Shown: piece after piece, positions 50,734 through 60,579 of the stretch
Position numbering within the stretch: the stretch's first letter is position 1
Layout: every line of letters begins with the position of its first letter
Source: Gammaproteobacteria bacterium
Lineage (GTDB): Bacteria > Pseudomonadota > Gammaproteobacteria > Eutrophobiales > Eutrophobiaceae
Assembly (NCBI GenBank): GCA_963422205.2
Contig: CAXMWX010000003.1
Span: 128,001-192,000 of the forward strand
Direction: 5' to 3'
DNA length: 64,000 nucleotides
Made by a program: the position numbers and the translations under genes
The notes under the pieces: model-generated
Seen by the model: the letters and a program-made list of their open reading frames with translations, nothing else
Told to the model about the DNA's origin: nothing
Database searches by the model: none

Positions 50734-52628
50734 CTAGAACTGATAACCTACGCGAAAAATAACCTGTCGTGGTGCAACATATTGCTCTGACGTTTGGCCG
50801 ACACCGAACACATTGGTCCAGCGCGCATTAATCTCATCGTCATCCGCCAGGTTGGTAAGGAGCAGATCCAGATTCCAGTCGGCATCATCCGGCTGGTAGC
50901 TAAAGGACAGATCCCAAATATCAGAGGCAGGCACTCCTAGCCCCGGGTCATTGAAGATCGTATAGTCATAGCTGCCGACATGGGTGTAGGTGAGAGACGA
51001 TGTCAACAAGCCGGCGGGCATTTGCCAGGCGTGGGTCAATGTGATGTTGGCAGAAAACTTGGGCAATTTCGGTGGCTTGTTGCCGTTGAGATTGACCACT
51101 GAATCGTCCCCCAAGGTGGCTTGCCCCTGTGACCTTGCCAGACGTGCTGTCAAGGGGCCAATTGCCCGATGATCTGTGTCAACTTCACCATCCAGAAATG
51201 AGAGGTTCGCATCCAGCCGCAGGGTATGCGGCGCGGTATCTATCAGCAGCCCCTGAAACTCGGTTTCCAGCCCGTATATTCTGACATTATCCACATTGCC
51301 GACACCGTTAGTAAAGCGCCTGAAGTTGTCGCCGTGAAACTGAAAGCCGTCGTAGTCATAAAGAAATGCCGCCGCATTCAACTGATACCTGCCATCGCCA
51401 AACCGGCTTTTCAGTCCCAGTTCAAAAGACGTGACTTCCTCTTCTGCAAACACATCGTCAATTAAGGATTCAGCCCCTCTTTCATTCAGCGTATTGACGC
51501 CGCCCGGTTTCAGGCCGGTGGTCACGGCAAAATAAACCATGGCATCAGCCAGTCTATGCGGCTGTCGTCTGCATTGGAAATCAGGTCGATTTCCTGGGTG
51601 AGAATATCCCGGTCCTCACTGATAATACCGACAACGGCCTGAGGTCGGAAAAAGCTGGGGTCGCCCAGGTCGCTGTCCCGATTGCGCTCCACAGCCTCCA
51701 CATCCTGAAAGGCGGTAATGCTTTTGAGTGTCGCCCAGGACATGTCGTACTGCATTTCAAGATCTACCGATTGTTGATCGATATCGGTGGTGCCCACCTG
51801 ATTCTGCCGCACTCGCCGAACATCGGTTCCCGGATCCAGAACATTGCGCTGGCCGTTGGCGTTGGTATCGCTTTTGTACTTGCTAGCGCGCAATACCGCA
51901 GAGAACTCGGCGGTCGGCTGCCACAGGAATTGCCCGCGGATGGCCAGATTGTCGGCCTCGTCAAGTTCAGTGCCCGCCAATGCGGTATCGACAATTTCCG
52001 TGAAACCATCGCGTGTGTGCCGGGATACAGCAATGCGCGCCGCGGTGGTATCGCCGAGCGGGATGTTGACCATGGCCCTGGCCTTCAGGTGAGCGTAGTT
52101 GCCGACCGCAAGATCGGTCTTGCCTTCAAACTGATTCAACTCCGGACGGCGGGTGGTAATGTTGATAGCGCCGCCGGTGGAGTTTTGCCCGAACACAGTT
52201 CCCTGCGGGCCGCGCAACACCTCGATGCGCTCCACATCCAGAAAATCGGCATTCAGCGAATAGGTAAACGGCATAAACACCCCGTTGACATGCATGGCCA
52301 CACCGGGCACTGACTGCCCGTTTTGGTTGGCCTCATGACCAATGCCACGGATGGTGACAACCTGCTTTGGCCCTTCGTTCTTGTTGATCGTCAATCCCGG
52401 CACCTTGCCGCTGAGATCGACAACGCTGTTGATATTGGCGCGATCCAGACCCTCGGCGGTAAAGGCCGAGACGGCGACCGGCGTCTCCTGAAGACTGGTC
52501 TCCCGCTTTTCGGCTGTTACTGTGATTTCTTCTAAAACTGAAGCAGCATGAGCAAACAGGGAGCCTGTGGCGAGAACAATCCCCGAAATCATGGTTGCGA
52601 AAGCTGCTGGGTTTTTCTGATGATTCAT
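50734..52628 (-). pseudogene. TonB-dependent receptor split by an internal deletion and frameshift near 51545
   Basis: The N-half (EEITVTAEKR, LRGPQGT) ends at IDWL. The C-half resumes in another frame at DAMVYF..TGLKPGG and ends VGYQF. Combined length is about 630 aa versus 826-875 aa for the intact receptors here. Confidence 0.8.
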
Positions 52629-53578
52629 GATTTTTTCCTGGAACTGGTGAGTTAAGTGGTAATTAAAATTGAATTAAAAATTGCTTTTCTTGCGGCCTGG
52701 AAAGTATCACTGATTGTGATCACAGTAAATGATGCTTTGAAGAATCTTATCAGTCCCCTGGTCACCGGCAAATTTAACGTCTGCATTGATTTTGAACAGC
52801 ACAACGTGTGACCATACAGCCTGGAATATGCGGTTGTTGCCACCGATATTAACAACAGCAGTCGCCGCAAACCGCCCCTGGGCAGCTGTGCCAGATCCCC
52901 CGTGCCACTTACCAATACCTTCGTCAAGCGGGCTGCCCGTGGCGATGTCAACATCCCCCTGTTTCGCACCAACCGGCCATGCAGAACGCCGTACCTGCCG
53001 CCAGGGCGACCATCGCCTTTCGCAACCCCCCCGACATGGATACCGATAACTCCCTCCGCTTTATGCCCCAGGCCGCCATCGGAAACTGGCTGAGACTGAA
53101 AGGATAACCGCTGGGCGGAGACGAACCATGCCCAGGTATGGCCAGGTATGACGATTACAGAAACGGGGCAACGGCCGCCGGGTGACGCTGGTCAATCCGT
53201 CGCTGCCGATTCAAGATAGCCGATCGCCTCCATGAAACAACAGGTCTGGGAAACCACAGGTCTGGGGCGTGATGATTGCTAACCTAAGGATACTTTCAAC
53301 TCAACCAGATGGGAGAGAACGCTGCTGGGGTAGCGAATGCCCTGTGCTTCAGAGACGCCGAAGGCGATGATTTCCATGCGGTGCAGGATGGTCTGGAAGG
53401 GGCATACTGCTGGCCGGTCCGGTCACGCCATAGGGCCTCAGCCACAGCGCCGTTTGACATTGACCGCCGACGATCTGCATGGAACCGTGCCGCTCATGAT
53501 CGCCGCTCTTCCGTGAACATGTCGTATGCACAAGAGTACGACCCTGGCTGGCGAACCAGCAGTGGCCGTATTGTCAGG

Positions 53579-54175
53579 CTATTTCAACTCAGACAGCAGT
53601 TGATTTAACTCCACCACATACCCGTCCGGGTCAATCAGCACGCTGACTTTTACCTTGATCATGCCCTTGCCCTGATAGTCTGGGTATTGCGTCTCGCTGG
53701 GCTCGTCCAGGACCTTCACGCCCAGGGTGTTGCGCGCCGCCTGAAAACGGGATTCGAGGTTATCGGTATTGAACACCAGCACGATACTGCCGACAGAAAA
53801 CGGCTCTGCCCCCTGATGTGCGGACTGTTTTGCGGGCTTTGCATATTGCAACAGGCCAATGACGCCGATGTAATCATCATTGGCCTGCAAGAACACCAGG
53901 CGCAGGGCACTCTCGGCAGCGGCAATATTCTTCGCATCGCGCGGGGTGAAGATCTCCCGATCATAGATCACTTTTAACCCCAGGGCATCGCGATAAAACG
54001 CCAGCGATTGATCGATATCCCGAACCACCAGCGTGGTGCGCCGCAGATCAATGTCAACGCGCTCGGCTTCCGGTACTGGCGCTGCCTGGACGCTCGCCGC
54101 ACCCACCACCTGACCACCAGCCAGAATGCCGCACAGCAGGATGCACCACAGCGTTTCTCGCACAGGGCTAGTCAT
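53579..54175 (-). CDS. Secreted VOC family protein
   Basis: Signal peptide, LRRTTLVVRDIDQSLAFYRDALG and DPDGYVVELNQ. Similar to the VOC at 35254. Confidence 0.88.
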   Translation of the reverse strand: MTSPVRETLWCILLCGILAGGQVVGAASVQAAPVPEAERVDIDLRRTTLVVRDIDQSLAFYRDALGLKVIYDREIFTPRDAKNIAAAESALRLVFLQANDDYIGVIGLLQYAKPAKQSAHQGAEPFSVGSIVLVFNTDNLESRFQAARNTLGVKVLDEPSETQYPDYQGKGMIKVKVSVLIDPDGYVVELNQLLSELK

Positions 54176-55064
54176 CTTGCTGCTGCCGTTGGTTATCGAT
54201 GAATTTTTTGAAGTAAGTCCAGCTTGTCTCGTTTTTGCGGTCATCATCACCGGGCGGCGGCTTGGTGTATTCAGGGTAATTGGTCTTGATCTCCTGCTTG
54301 ATTAACATCGGCAGATCATCCCAGCTTTTCAGGTTTTTACCCGTGGCGTTGACATACATGAGGCCAGGGCGGCTGCCCATCCTCATCCACGGCAGCCATT
54401 GCGCTATCCTCACCCAGGCGATATTTATGGACGCCGTGTTCTTCGACAGATCGGCAAAATCATCAAGCCGGGCAGAGAAATCAAAGATCTCGGTGGCGTG
54501 ATAATTGCCGCCGACATATTCCTGATAATCACCGCCCAGCGCGTTGGTGTAGAACAGCGGGATTTCATAATTGATGAACGCTGTACCATCGATCACCTCG
54601 AACTGAAAGCGGCTTTCCTTGCCGTCCCTGCCGATGGGAAACTGCGGCGGCTGATTCACCGGATCATTGGCGACATGAATGACCTTGACCGTCTCGCCCG
54701 TCCAGGGGTTATCCCATTCCCTGAGTATTGCGCCAGTCTGCGGGTCAAGATACAGCATGAGCTCACGCGAGACCTTGCGAAAACCCTCGCCCCTTGCCTT
54801 GTCCTTCACCGTGACGCATTGCCGCACGTTCATGCCAAGCACGCCGAACAGCAGCTTGTCACGCTCCCCGGGCACCCGAGAGTAGGCCCGGCCCTTCCAT
54901 ACATAGGTGACGTGTTCGTTGTCTTTCAGCGAGCATAACAGCTTGCGCTTCGCCTGCACGGCGCCCTCGCCGGTATTAAAATCAATGGTTTTGCCCGCTT
55001 CGGCAGGGGGTATCACGACCAGCAGCAGGCTGAGGATCAGCAAGGCGGATAGTTTGTCAGGCAT
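54168..55064 (-). CDS. Secreted DUF1838-like protein (copy 2)
   Basis: Clear paralogue of 40566-41459 (YSRVPGERDK, NPWTGETV.VIHVANDPVN, WLPWMRMG, NETSWT). GGAGAG RBS. Confidence 0.78.
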   Translation of the reverse strand: MPDKLSALLILSLLLVVIPPAEAGKTIDFNTGEGAVQAKRKLLCSLKDNEHVTYVWKGRAYSRVPGERDKLLFGVLGMNVRQCVTVKDKARGEGFRKVSRELMLYLDPQTGAILREWDNPWTGETVKVIHVANDPVNQPPQFPIGRDGKESRFQFEVIDGTAFINYEIPLFYTNALGGDYQEYVGGNYHATEIFDFSARLDDFADLSKNTASINIAWVRIAQWLPWMRMGSRPGLMYVNATGKNLKSWDDLPMLIKQEIKTNYPEYTKPPPGDDDRKNETSWTYFKKFIDNQRQQQDD

Positions 55065-55457
55065 GGCGTTCTCTCCCATAAGGGGTTGTAAACGATGCCT
55101 GTTATCATACTCGTTGCGGCGGCAGGTACAAGCCGAAATTAAGCGGCGTTTGCTGGCTGGCTTCGGCGCATGGGCGTGGCTCAAGATTGCTCACGCCAGC
55201 GAATATCAGTTTTTCTATGCGGGGCGATGCAAGCGCACAAGCACAGGTTGATCAGGCTCTGGTAAGGAACGCCATTCTCAAAACAACACCAATTTTGGCT
55301 GGGAATGAGGTGAATACAGGCGGCAAGACGCTGAATAAGGTCTCGGCAACGCGGGTTGGTTGACGTTGGATTTGAGCAGCACTATAAGCTATAGTTTGCC
55401 AAGAGTGTCGTATCCTTACGTAATGATACTTTTGCCGACTTGAACATGTATTAGCTG

Positions 55458-56033
55458 ATGTCTACCTCTGCTCATAAAACTCATCCAGTCGCGACCTATC
55501 AGGATGTGCTGGATGCACCGCCGCACAAGGTGGCTGAGATTATCGCCGGTACGCTGTACATGAATCCCAGGCCAGCGATGAGTCATGCCTGGGCGAGTTC
55601 CATCTTGGGTGATGAGTTGGTAAGCCCCTTTGGCCGTGGTCGGGGCGGCCCGGGCGGCTGGTGGATTATTGATGAGCCGGAGTTGCACTTCGGTCAGGAT
55701 ATTCTGGTGCCCGATCTCGCTGGCTGGCGACGTGAGACCATGCCGGTGTATCCGGATGCGGCTTACTGTACGATTGCCCCGGACTGGGTCTGTGAGGTAT
55801 TATCGCCCTCAACCCGCCAGCTCGATTTGACCGACAAGCGCGACATCTATGCCCGTGAAGAGGTCACTTACCTGTGGTTTGTCGACCCGGACGTGCGTAC
55901 GCTGGAGGCATTTCAACTTAAAGGTGGCGCATGGTCGCTGATCGCCTCATTAGCCGGTGATGCCGCCGTCTCCGTTCCCCCGTTTGATGCCATCAGTTTT
56001 CCGCTGGCTGCGCTATGGCCGGATACGGAATAA
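55458..56033 (+). CDS. Uma2 family PD-(D/E)xK endonuclease (copy 1)
   Basis: EIIAG.L, EPEL, VPDLAGW, PDWVCEVLSPST, K..IYA and WFVDP motifs. Confidence 0.92.
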   Translation: MSTSAHKTHPVATYQDVLDAPPHKVAEIIAGTLYMNPRPAMSHAWASSILGDELVSPFGRGRGGPGGWWIIDEPELHFGQDILVPDLAGWRRETMPVYPDAAYCTIAPDWVCEVLSPSTRQLDLTDKRDIYAREEVTYLWFVDPDVRTLEAFQLKGGAWSLIASLAGDAAVSVPPFDAISFPLAALWPDTE

Positions 56034-56089
56034 AGTTAGGGGTTTGCAACACTGCTTATGATCTCACGTGCTAATCTAAGGATATATAA

Positions 56090-56668
56090 ATGATGCCCAC
56101 ACCTGCCCGTAAAACTCATCCAGTCGCCACCTATCAGGATGTGCTGGATGCACCGCCGCACAAGGTGGCTGAGATTATCGCCGGTACGCTGTACATGAAT
56201 CCCAGGCCAGCGATGCGGCATGCCTGGGTGAGTTCTGTTATGGGCGGGGAGCTGTTCAACCCCTTTGGTCGTGGTCGCGGCGGCCCCGGTGGCTGGTGGA
56301 TTATCGATGAGCCGGAGTTGCACTTCGGTCAGGATATTCTGGTGCCCGATCTCGCTGGCTGGCGACGTGAGACCATGCCGGTGTATCCGGATGCGGCTTA
56401 CTGTACGATTGCCCCGGACTGGGTCTGTGAGGTATTATCGCCCTCAACCCGGCAGCTGGACTTGACGGACAAGCGCGACATCTATGCCCGTGAGGGGGTC
56501 ACTTACCTGTGGTTTGTCGACCCGGACGTGCGTACGCTGGAGGCGTTTCAACTTAAAGGTGGCCTATGGTCGCTGATCGCCTCATTAGCCGGTGATGCCG
56601 CCGTCTCTGTTCCCCCTTTTGATGCCATCAGTTTTCCGCTGGCTGCGCTATGGCCGGATACGGAATAA
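56090..56668 (+). CDS. Uma2 family endonuclease (copy 2, tandem duplicate)
   Basis: Near-identical to copy 1 at an offset of 635 nt. Confidence 0.92.
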   Translation: MMPTPARKTHPVATYQDVLDAPPHKVAEIIAGTLYMNPRPAMRHAWVSSVMGGELFNPFGRGRGGPGGWWIIDEPELHFGQDILVPDLAGWRRETMPVYPDAAYCTIAPDWVCEVLSPSTRQLDLTDKRDIYAREGVTYLWFVDPDVRTLEAFQLKGGLWSLIASLAGDAAVSVPPFDAISFPLAALWPDTE

Positions 56669-56936
56669 AGCCGAGCGGTTTCCATGGTGTCACAGTGAAA
56701 AATCGAAGTTGCCTTTGGGCAAACAGCCAATCATGATCTGGACATTTGCGATACACTCGGCGAGAGGGCCGGTCAAGCCTTATTCCGGTAATATCACACC
56801 ACTATTGCGAAGGCGGCTGGTTTAGTTTCAACTAACAAGTTGCCATGGCGTTAGCAGCGGCTTTGAATAAGTCCCAATCTACAACCTGATGCGCTCTCCT
56901 CAACGCACGGTTTTTTTATTCCAAATATGTTTGTGG

Positions 56937-57869
56937 TTATACCAAATCAATATCAATGTAAACAGGGCAATGATCAGATGCTTTAGGTTCTTCTTCACCT
57001 ACGCCATCATATCTATCTCCCTTATGATTTTCAGCACGAAAAGGAAGCCCCTTTCGTACAATTACGGGCTTCTCATTTTTATTCTTTTCCGCTAATTCTT
57101 TGCCTAGTAGTATGAAGTCTATCTGTTTGTATTTATTTCCTCCCGCCCAATAGTGTGTCCACCTGTCATCTTCGCTGCTTATTCGCAAGAGAATATTTTC
57201 TAGACCTTGATGTTGAGTCAATGCAGTTAAAGATGTGTTAGAATCCACATAATCATTAAAATCGCCAAGTACTACGAAATTTCCTTTGTAATTATTTTTC
57301 CCCCATCTTTCATCAATGATATCGGCTACTCGCTCCGCTTGTGATTTTCTTTTCTCTTTGGTTTCATCTCTACCGTCAACCATTGATTTGAAATGATTAT
57401 TATACAATGTCAACTCTTTCGAATCTTTTTTAACAGTCACTTCCAAGCAGTCTCTACTAAATAACCAAGCGGTATTTTCAGCGTTTCTCTCGTGTCTGAA
57501 AATTCTTGTATTAACAATTGGTAACTTGCTGATGACAGCAACATCAATCTTTCGAGGATCATGACTGTCAATGAGCATTTTGTATTTATATTTCTGTCCT
57601 CCTAGGTATCTAGAGACAAAGCGTTCCAAGGTTCCCATATTTTCAACTTCTTGAAGACAAACCACATCGGCTTTTGTTTCTTTGATAGCTTTTGCTGTAA
57701 TCTTCTTTGAGTCGTCATCGTGCAGTGTAAAAGCCAATTCATTTATCAAAAAACCCACAGCACCAGCACTTAAAGGATCGATATTTTTTCCAAAGTTATA
57801 TCGTGCAAATAAGTTCTCAACATTAAATGTTGCAATTCTAATTTTTGATGTTTGGTTAACCATTGTCAT
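56937..57869 (-). CDS. Endonuclease/exonuclease/phosphatase (EEP) family protein, AT-rich
   Basis: IATFNVENLF, CLQEVEN, NHFKS, LGDFND and SDHCPV motifs. Confidence 0.9.
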   Translation of the reverse strand: MTMVNQTSKIRIATFNVENLFARYNFGKNIDPLSAGAVGFLINELAFTLHDDDSKKITAKAIKETKADVVCLQEVENMGTLERFVSRYLGGQKYKYKMLIDSHDPRKIDVAVISKLPIVNTRIFRHERNAENTAWLFSRDCLEVTVKKDSKELTLYNNHFKSMVDGRDETKEKRKSQAERVADIIDERWGKNNYKGNFVVLGDFNDYVDSNTSLTALTQHQGLENILLRISSEDDRWTHYWAGGNKYKQIDFILLGKELAEKNKNEKPVIVRKGLPFRAENHKGDRYDGVGEEEPKASDHCPVYIDIDLV

Positions 57870-57937
57870 ACACCTCTAAAATTACGCCTACTTCTATTTT
57901 TAAGTCTATTTTCGGCTTGTTCCGACTTTTCCCCGAC

Positions 57938-57971
57938 AAAAAAGCCGGTGGTCATAATGAACACCGGCTTT
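57938..57971 (-). terminator. Rho-independent terminator of the TBDR gene
   Basis: AAAGCCGGTG...CACCGGCTTT stem with an A6 run (U-tail on the minus strand), about 45 nt after the stop codon. Confidence 0.75.
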
Positions 57972-58015
57972 GGTTTTGAAGGGTAATGCTGTTATAGGCC
58001 TGCTGCCGCTAGAAG

Positions 58016-60496
58016 CTAAAAACGATACCTCGCAGTAATGCCGATGCGGCGCTCATCCGGCAGCGTCAGGCCGATGGCTCTGTCAAATAGAAAGCTGGGG
58101 AATCCTGCAGATACGTAGCGGATTAGCGCGGGCGATGTGTCGTTGTTAAGGACATTGTTCACCCATAACTCGATATCGAAGCTATCGCTGCGGATACCGC
58201 CGCGCAGGTTGACAATCTCGCGTGCGCCCGTGTGGGCAAGATTGTACACTTGCGCGTAGCGCTTGGAGTTGTAATTGAAATCGGTACGCAGAAACCAACC
58301 GAAGTTTGCGGTAAGGTCGCCAGTGAAGGTATTGGACAGGTTCAACTGATGCCTGGAGACCTGCGGCAACTCGGTGCCGGTGATCAGCACATCGCCGCCG
58401 GGCTGGTAGCCGAACAGCAGGGCGGCCTCCCTGAATGCGCTGCCCGCAGTGGCGCCAGCATCGACCGATTGGATGAATCTGTCAATTTTGCCGTCGGTCA
58501 GCGCATAGCCCAGGTACACATTCCAGAAGTCCGTCACATCAAGGGCCAGTTCCAACTCCACGCCATTGATGGTGGATTTGCCGATGTTTTGCAGGATGGA
58601 GAACGTGCGATTCTGATTCCTGACCCTGGCGGCGCGGGTGACAGTCAGTTGCTGATCCTTCCAGTCTATGTGATAGACGGCGACGTTGGCACGCAGGCGG
58701 TCATCCAGCCACAGGGATTTCACGCCCAATTCATAGCTCCAGGCGGTCTCCTCATCGTAATTGCGATCAGCGGCAGGCGTACCCTCTGCACTGTTCAAGC
58801 CGCCCGGCTTGTTGCCGCGTGCCATATTGGCATAGACGGTCAGGTTGTCTGCGGGCTGGTAGCGGGCGGTAAACTTGGGCAGGAACTTGCTGAAAGCCCC
58901 TTTGACATCGGTATCAGGAATGGGAGCCATCTCGTCTCGGAAAAACTTGAAGCGATCCTTGTTGTAGCGGAACGTGGCGCCCAGGGTGAGCGTGTCGGTG
59001 AAATCAAACTCCATAGCGCCGAACACCGACCAACTGGTTATCTCGTTTTTACCATCATCGGTGGCCGACATACCCCCCTCGCTGTAGAACGCCCTTGCGT
59101 TGCTTGAGTTAATACTCGTGCCCGTATCTTCCGAGGTATAATAGTAGCTGCCCACCATGTGGCGCATCCCCTCCCCGTCATACGCCAGCCTTAACTCCTG
59201 CGAGAAATCATCAAATCTCCCACGCTCAAAGGTAAGAAAACCCACCCTTCCCGCAGGGATAAAGGGGACTGGCGGCCTGGTCAAGTCCCCACCGCCAAAG
59301 GTCTGATCCTGCCGCAATTTATTATCAAACTCGTTATAACCGGTGACGGAGGTGAACGTGAAGGTGTCGGTGAGGTCGTACTCCAGCTTCAGACCCAGCC
59401 GCAGGCTTTTGGTCTCCGTGCCAAAATTATCATAGAAGCTGGTCTCCAGATTGGTTGCACCGTTGTTGGTCGCCAGCACATCGTCCACATCCACACGCCC
59501 GCAGTAATAGCCACTGCCCCTGTACGGGGCTGAATTTACAAAATTGGCACCCGCTTCCGGCGTACCGGGGGGGGGGGCAGGCTGGGACAGCGGCATACCA
59601 TCTGCGCCGGTGCTCCTGTTCGGGTTGCGTGCGCCGGTGATGAAGCAGTTGTTAAAGCTGGGGGGTTGCAGGGCGATGGCATATTGATCGTCATCCGTGC
59701 GCTCATACATGGCATGGGCGGTGATGTTCAACTGTTCAACCGGGTTGAAGGTAAACACGGCCACCGCGCTGCTGGTCTCCTCACCGCCCACCTCATCGTT
59801 GATGGCTGGCGTACCCAGGCTGTTGGCGGCATAACTGTTATCGTATTCGCCATCGCGCTGGTAGCGGGCGAGGGTGAGGGCGAAACCGGCCACTTCTGTG
59901 ATCGGGCCGCTGACATGGGCCTCGGCGCGAATGTAATCACGCTCGCCATACTCGGCGGTCACCTCGCCTTCAAAGTCCTCGGTGGGCTTTTTCAGCACAT
60001 AGTTCACTGCACCGGCCAGGGTGGAACGGCCATACAAGGCACTTTGCGGGCCCTTGACCACCTCGACGCGCTCCAGCGCAGACAGCGGCACAGTGGCCGC
60101 GCCACGTTCGATGATAATGCCGTCTATGAACAGCCCCGCGTTGGCGCGCCCTATGATGGTGGACTGACCGCGAATGGCCGGGCGGAAATCCTGCCGCCCG
60201 AAGGCCTGCGCGAAGTCAAAACCCGGCGTGGCATCGGCGATGTTGTTCAGAGAGGCGATGCCGCGCTCTTCCAGCACAGATTTGGTGAAGGCGTTGACGG
60301 TAAGCGGGATGTCTTGCAGGCTCTCCTCGCGCTTGCGTGCCGTGACCGTGATTTCTTCCAGGATGACTTGCGAGTAGCTGTGCAGCGGGAGAAACGACGT
60401 GGCGGTGAACAGGGCGAGTGCGGCGAGCGCACCTGCTGGTCGTCTGCCTGTACTCCGGCGGGCGGATACGGAAGGGGTTGTTGTGTCAATACGCAT
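58016..60496 (-). CDS. TonB-dependent receptor
   Basis: EEITVTARKREESLQD, ERVEVVKGPQSALYGR and C-terminal ARYRF. Confidence 0.95.
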   Translation of the reverse strand: MRIDTTTPSVSARRSTGRRPAGALAALALFTATSFLPLHSYSQVILEEITVTARKREESLQDIPLTVNAFTKSVLEERGIASLNNIADATPGFDFAQAFGRQDFRPAIRGQSTIIGRANAGLFIDGIIIERGAATVPLSALERVEVVKGPQSALYGRSTLAGAVNYVLKKPTEDFEGEVTAEYGERDYIRAEAHVSGPITEVAGFALTLARYQRDGEYDNSYAANSLGTPAINDEVGGEETSSAVAVFTFNPVEQLNITAHAMYERTDDDQYAIALQPPSFNNCFITGARNPNRSTGADGMPLSQPAPPPGTPEAGANFVNSAPYRGSGYYCGRVDVDDVLATNNGATNLETSFYDNFGTETKSLRLGLKLEYDLTDTFTFTSVTGYNEFDNKLRQDQTFGGGDLTRPPVPFIPAGRVGFLTFERGRFDDFSQELRLAYDGEGMRHMVGSYYYTSEDTGTSINSSNARAFYSEGGMSATDDGKNEITSWSVFGAMEFDFTDTLTLGATFRYNKDRFKFFRDEMAPIPDTDVKGAFSKFLPKFTARYQPADNLTVYANMARGNKPGGLNSAEGTPAADRNYDEETAWSYELGVKSLWLDDRLRANVAVYHIDWKDQQLTVTRAARVRNQNRTFSILQNIGKSTINGVELELALDVTDFWNVYLGYALTDGKIDRFIQSVDAGATAGSAFREAALLFGYQPGGDVLITGTELPQVSRHQLNLSNTFTGDLTANFGWFLRTDFNYNSKRYAQVYNLAHTGAREIVNLRGGIRSDSFDIELWVNNVLNNDTSPALIRYVSAGFPSFLFDRAIGLTLPDERRIGITARYRF
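59567..59577. repeat. G11 homopolymer (C11 on the coding strand) inside the TBDR
   Basis: Encodes APPP in QPAPPPGTP. Confidence 0.85.
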
Positions 60497-60561
60497 GATG
60501 GTTGCCTCTTTGAAGTTTGATGTATTGTGGCCTTTATTTAAGGGGTATCTATGCGACTATA

Positions 60562-60579
60562 CGTTATAAACTTATAACA
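60562..60579. promoter_or_regulatory. Palindromic operator-like site upstream of the TBDR
   Basis: CGTTATAAACTTATAACA, i.e. GTTATA-N4-TATAAC. Confidence 0.6.

Noticed and set aside
52700-53578. Coding-like fragments upstream of the pseudo-TBDR
   Set aside because: Short frames broken by stops with no assignable family; probably decayed DNA, but this cannot be supported without BLASTX.
55458-56668. Uma2 duplicates as a DGR template/variable repeat pair
   Set aside because: Differences are not adenine-specific, both copies are full ORFs, and no reverse transcriptase is present.
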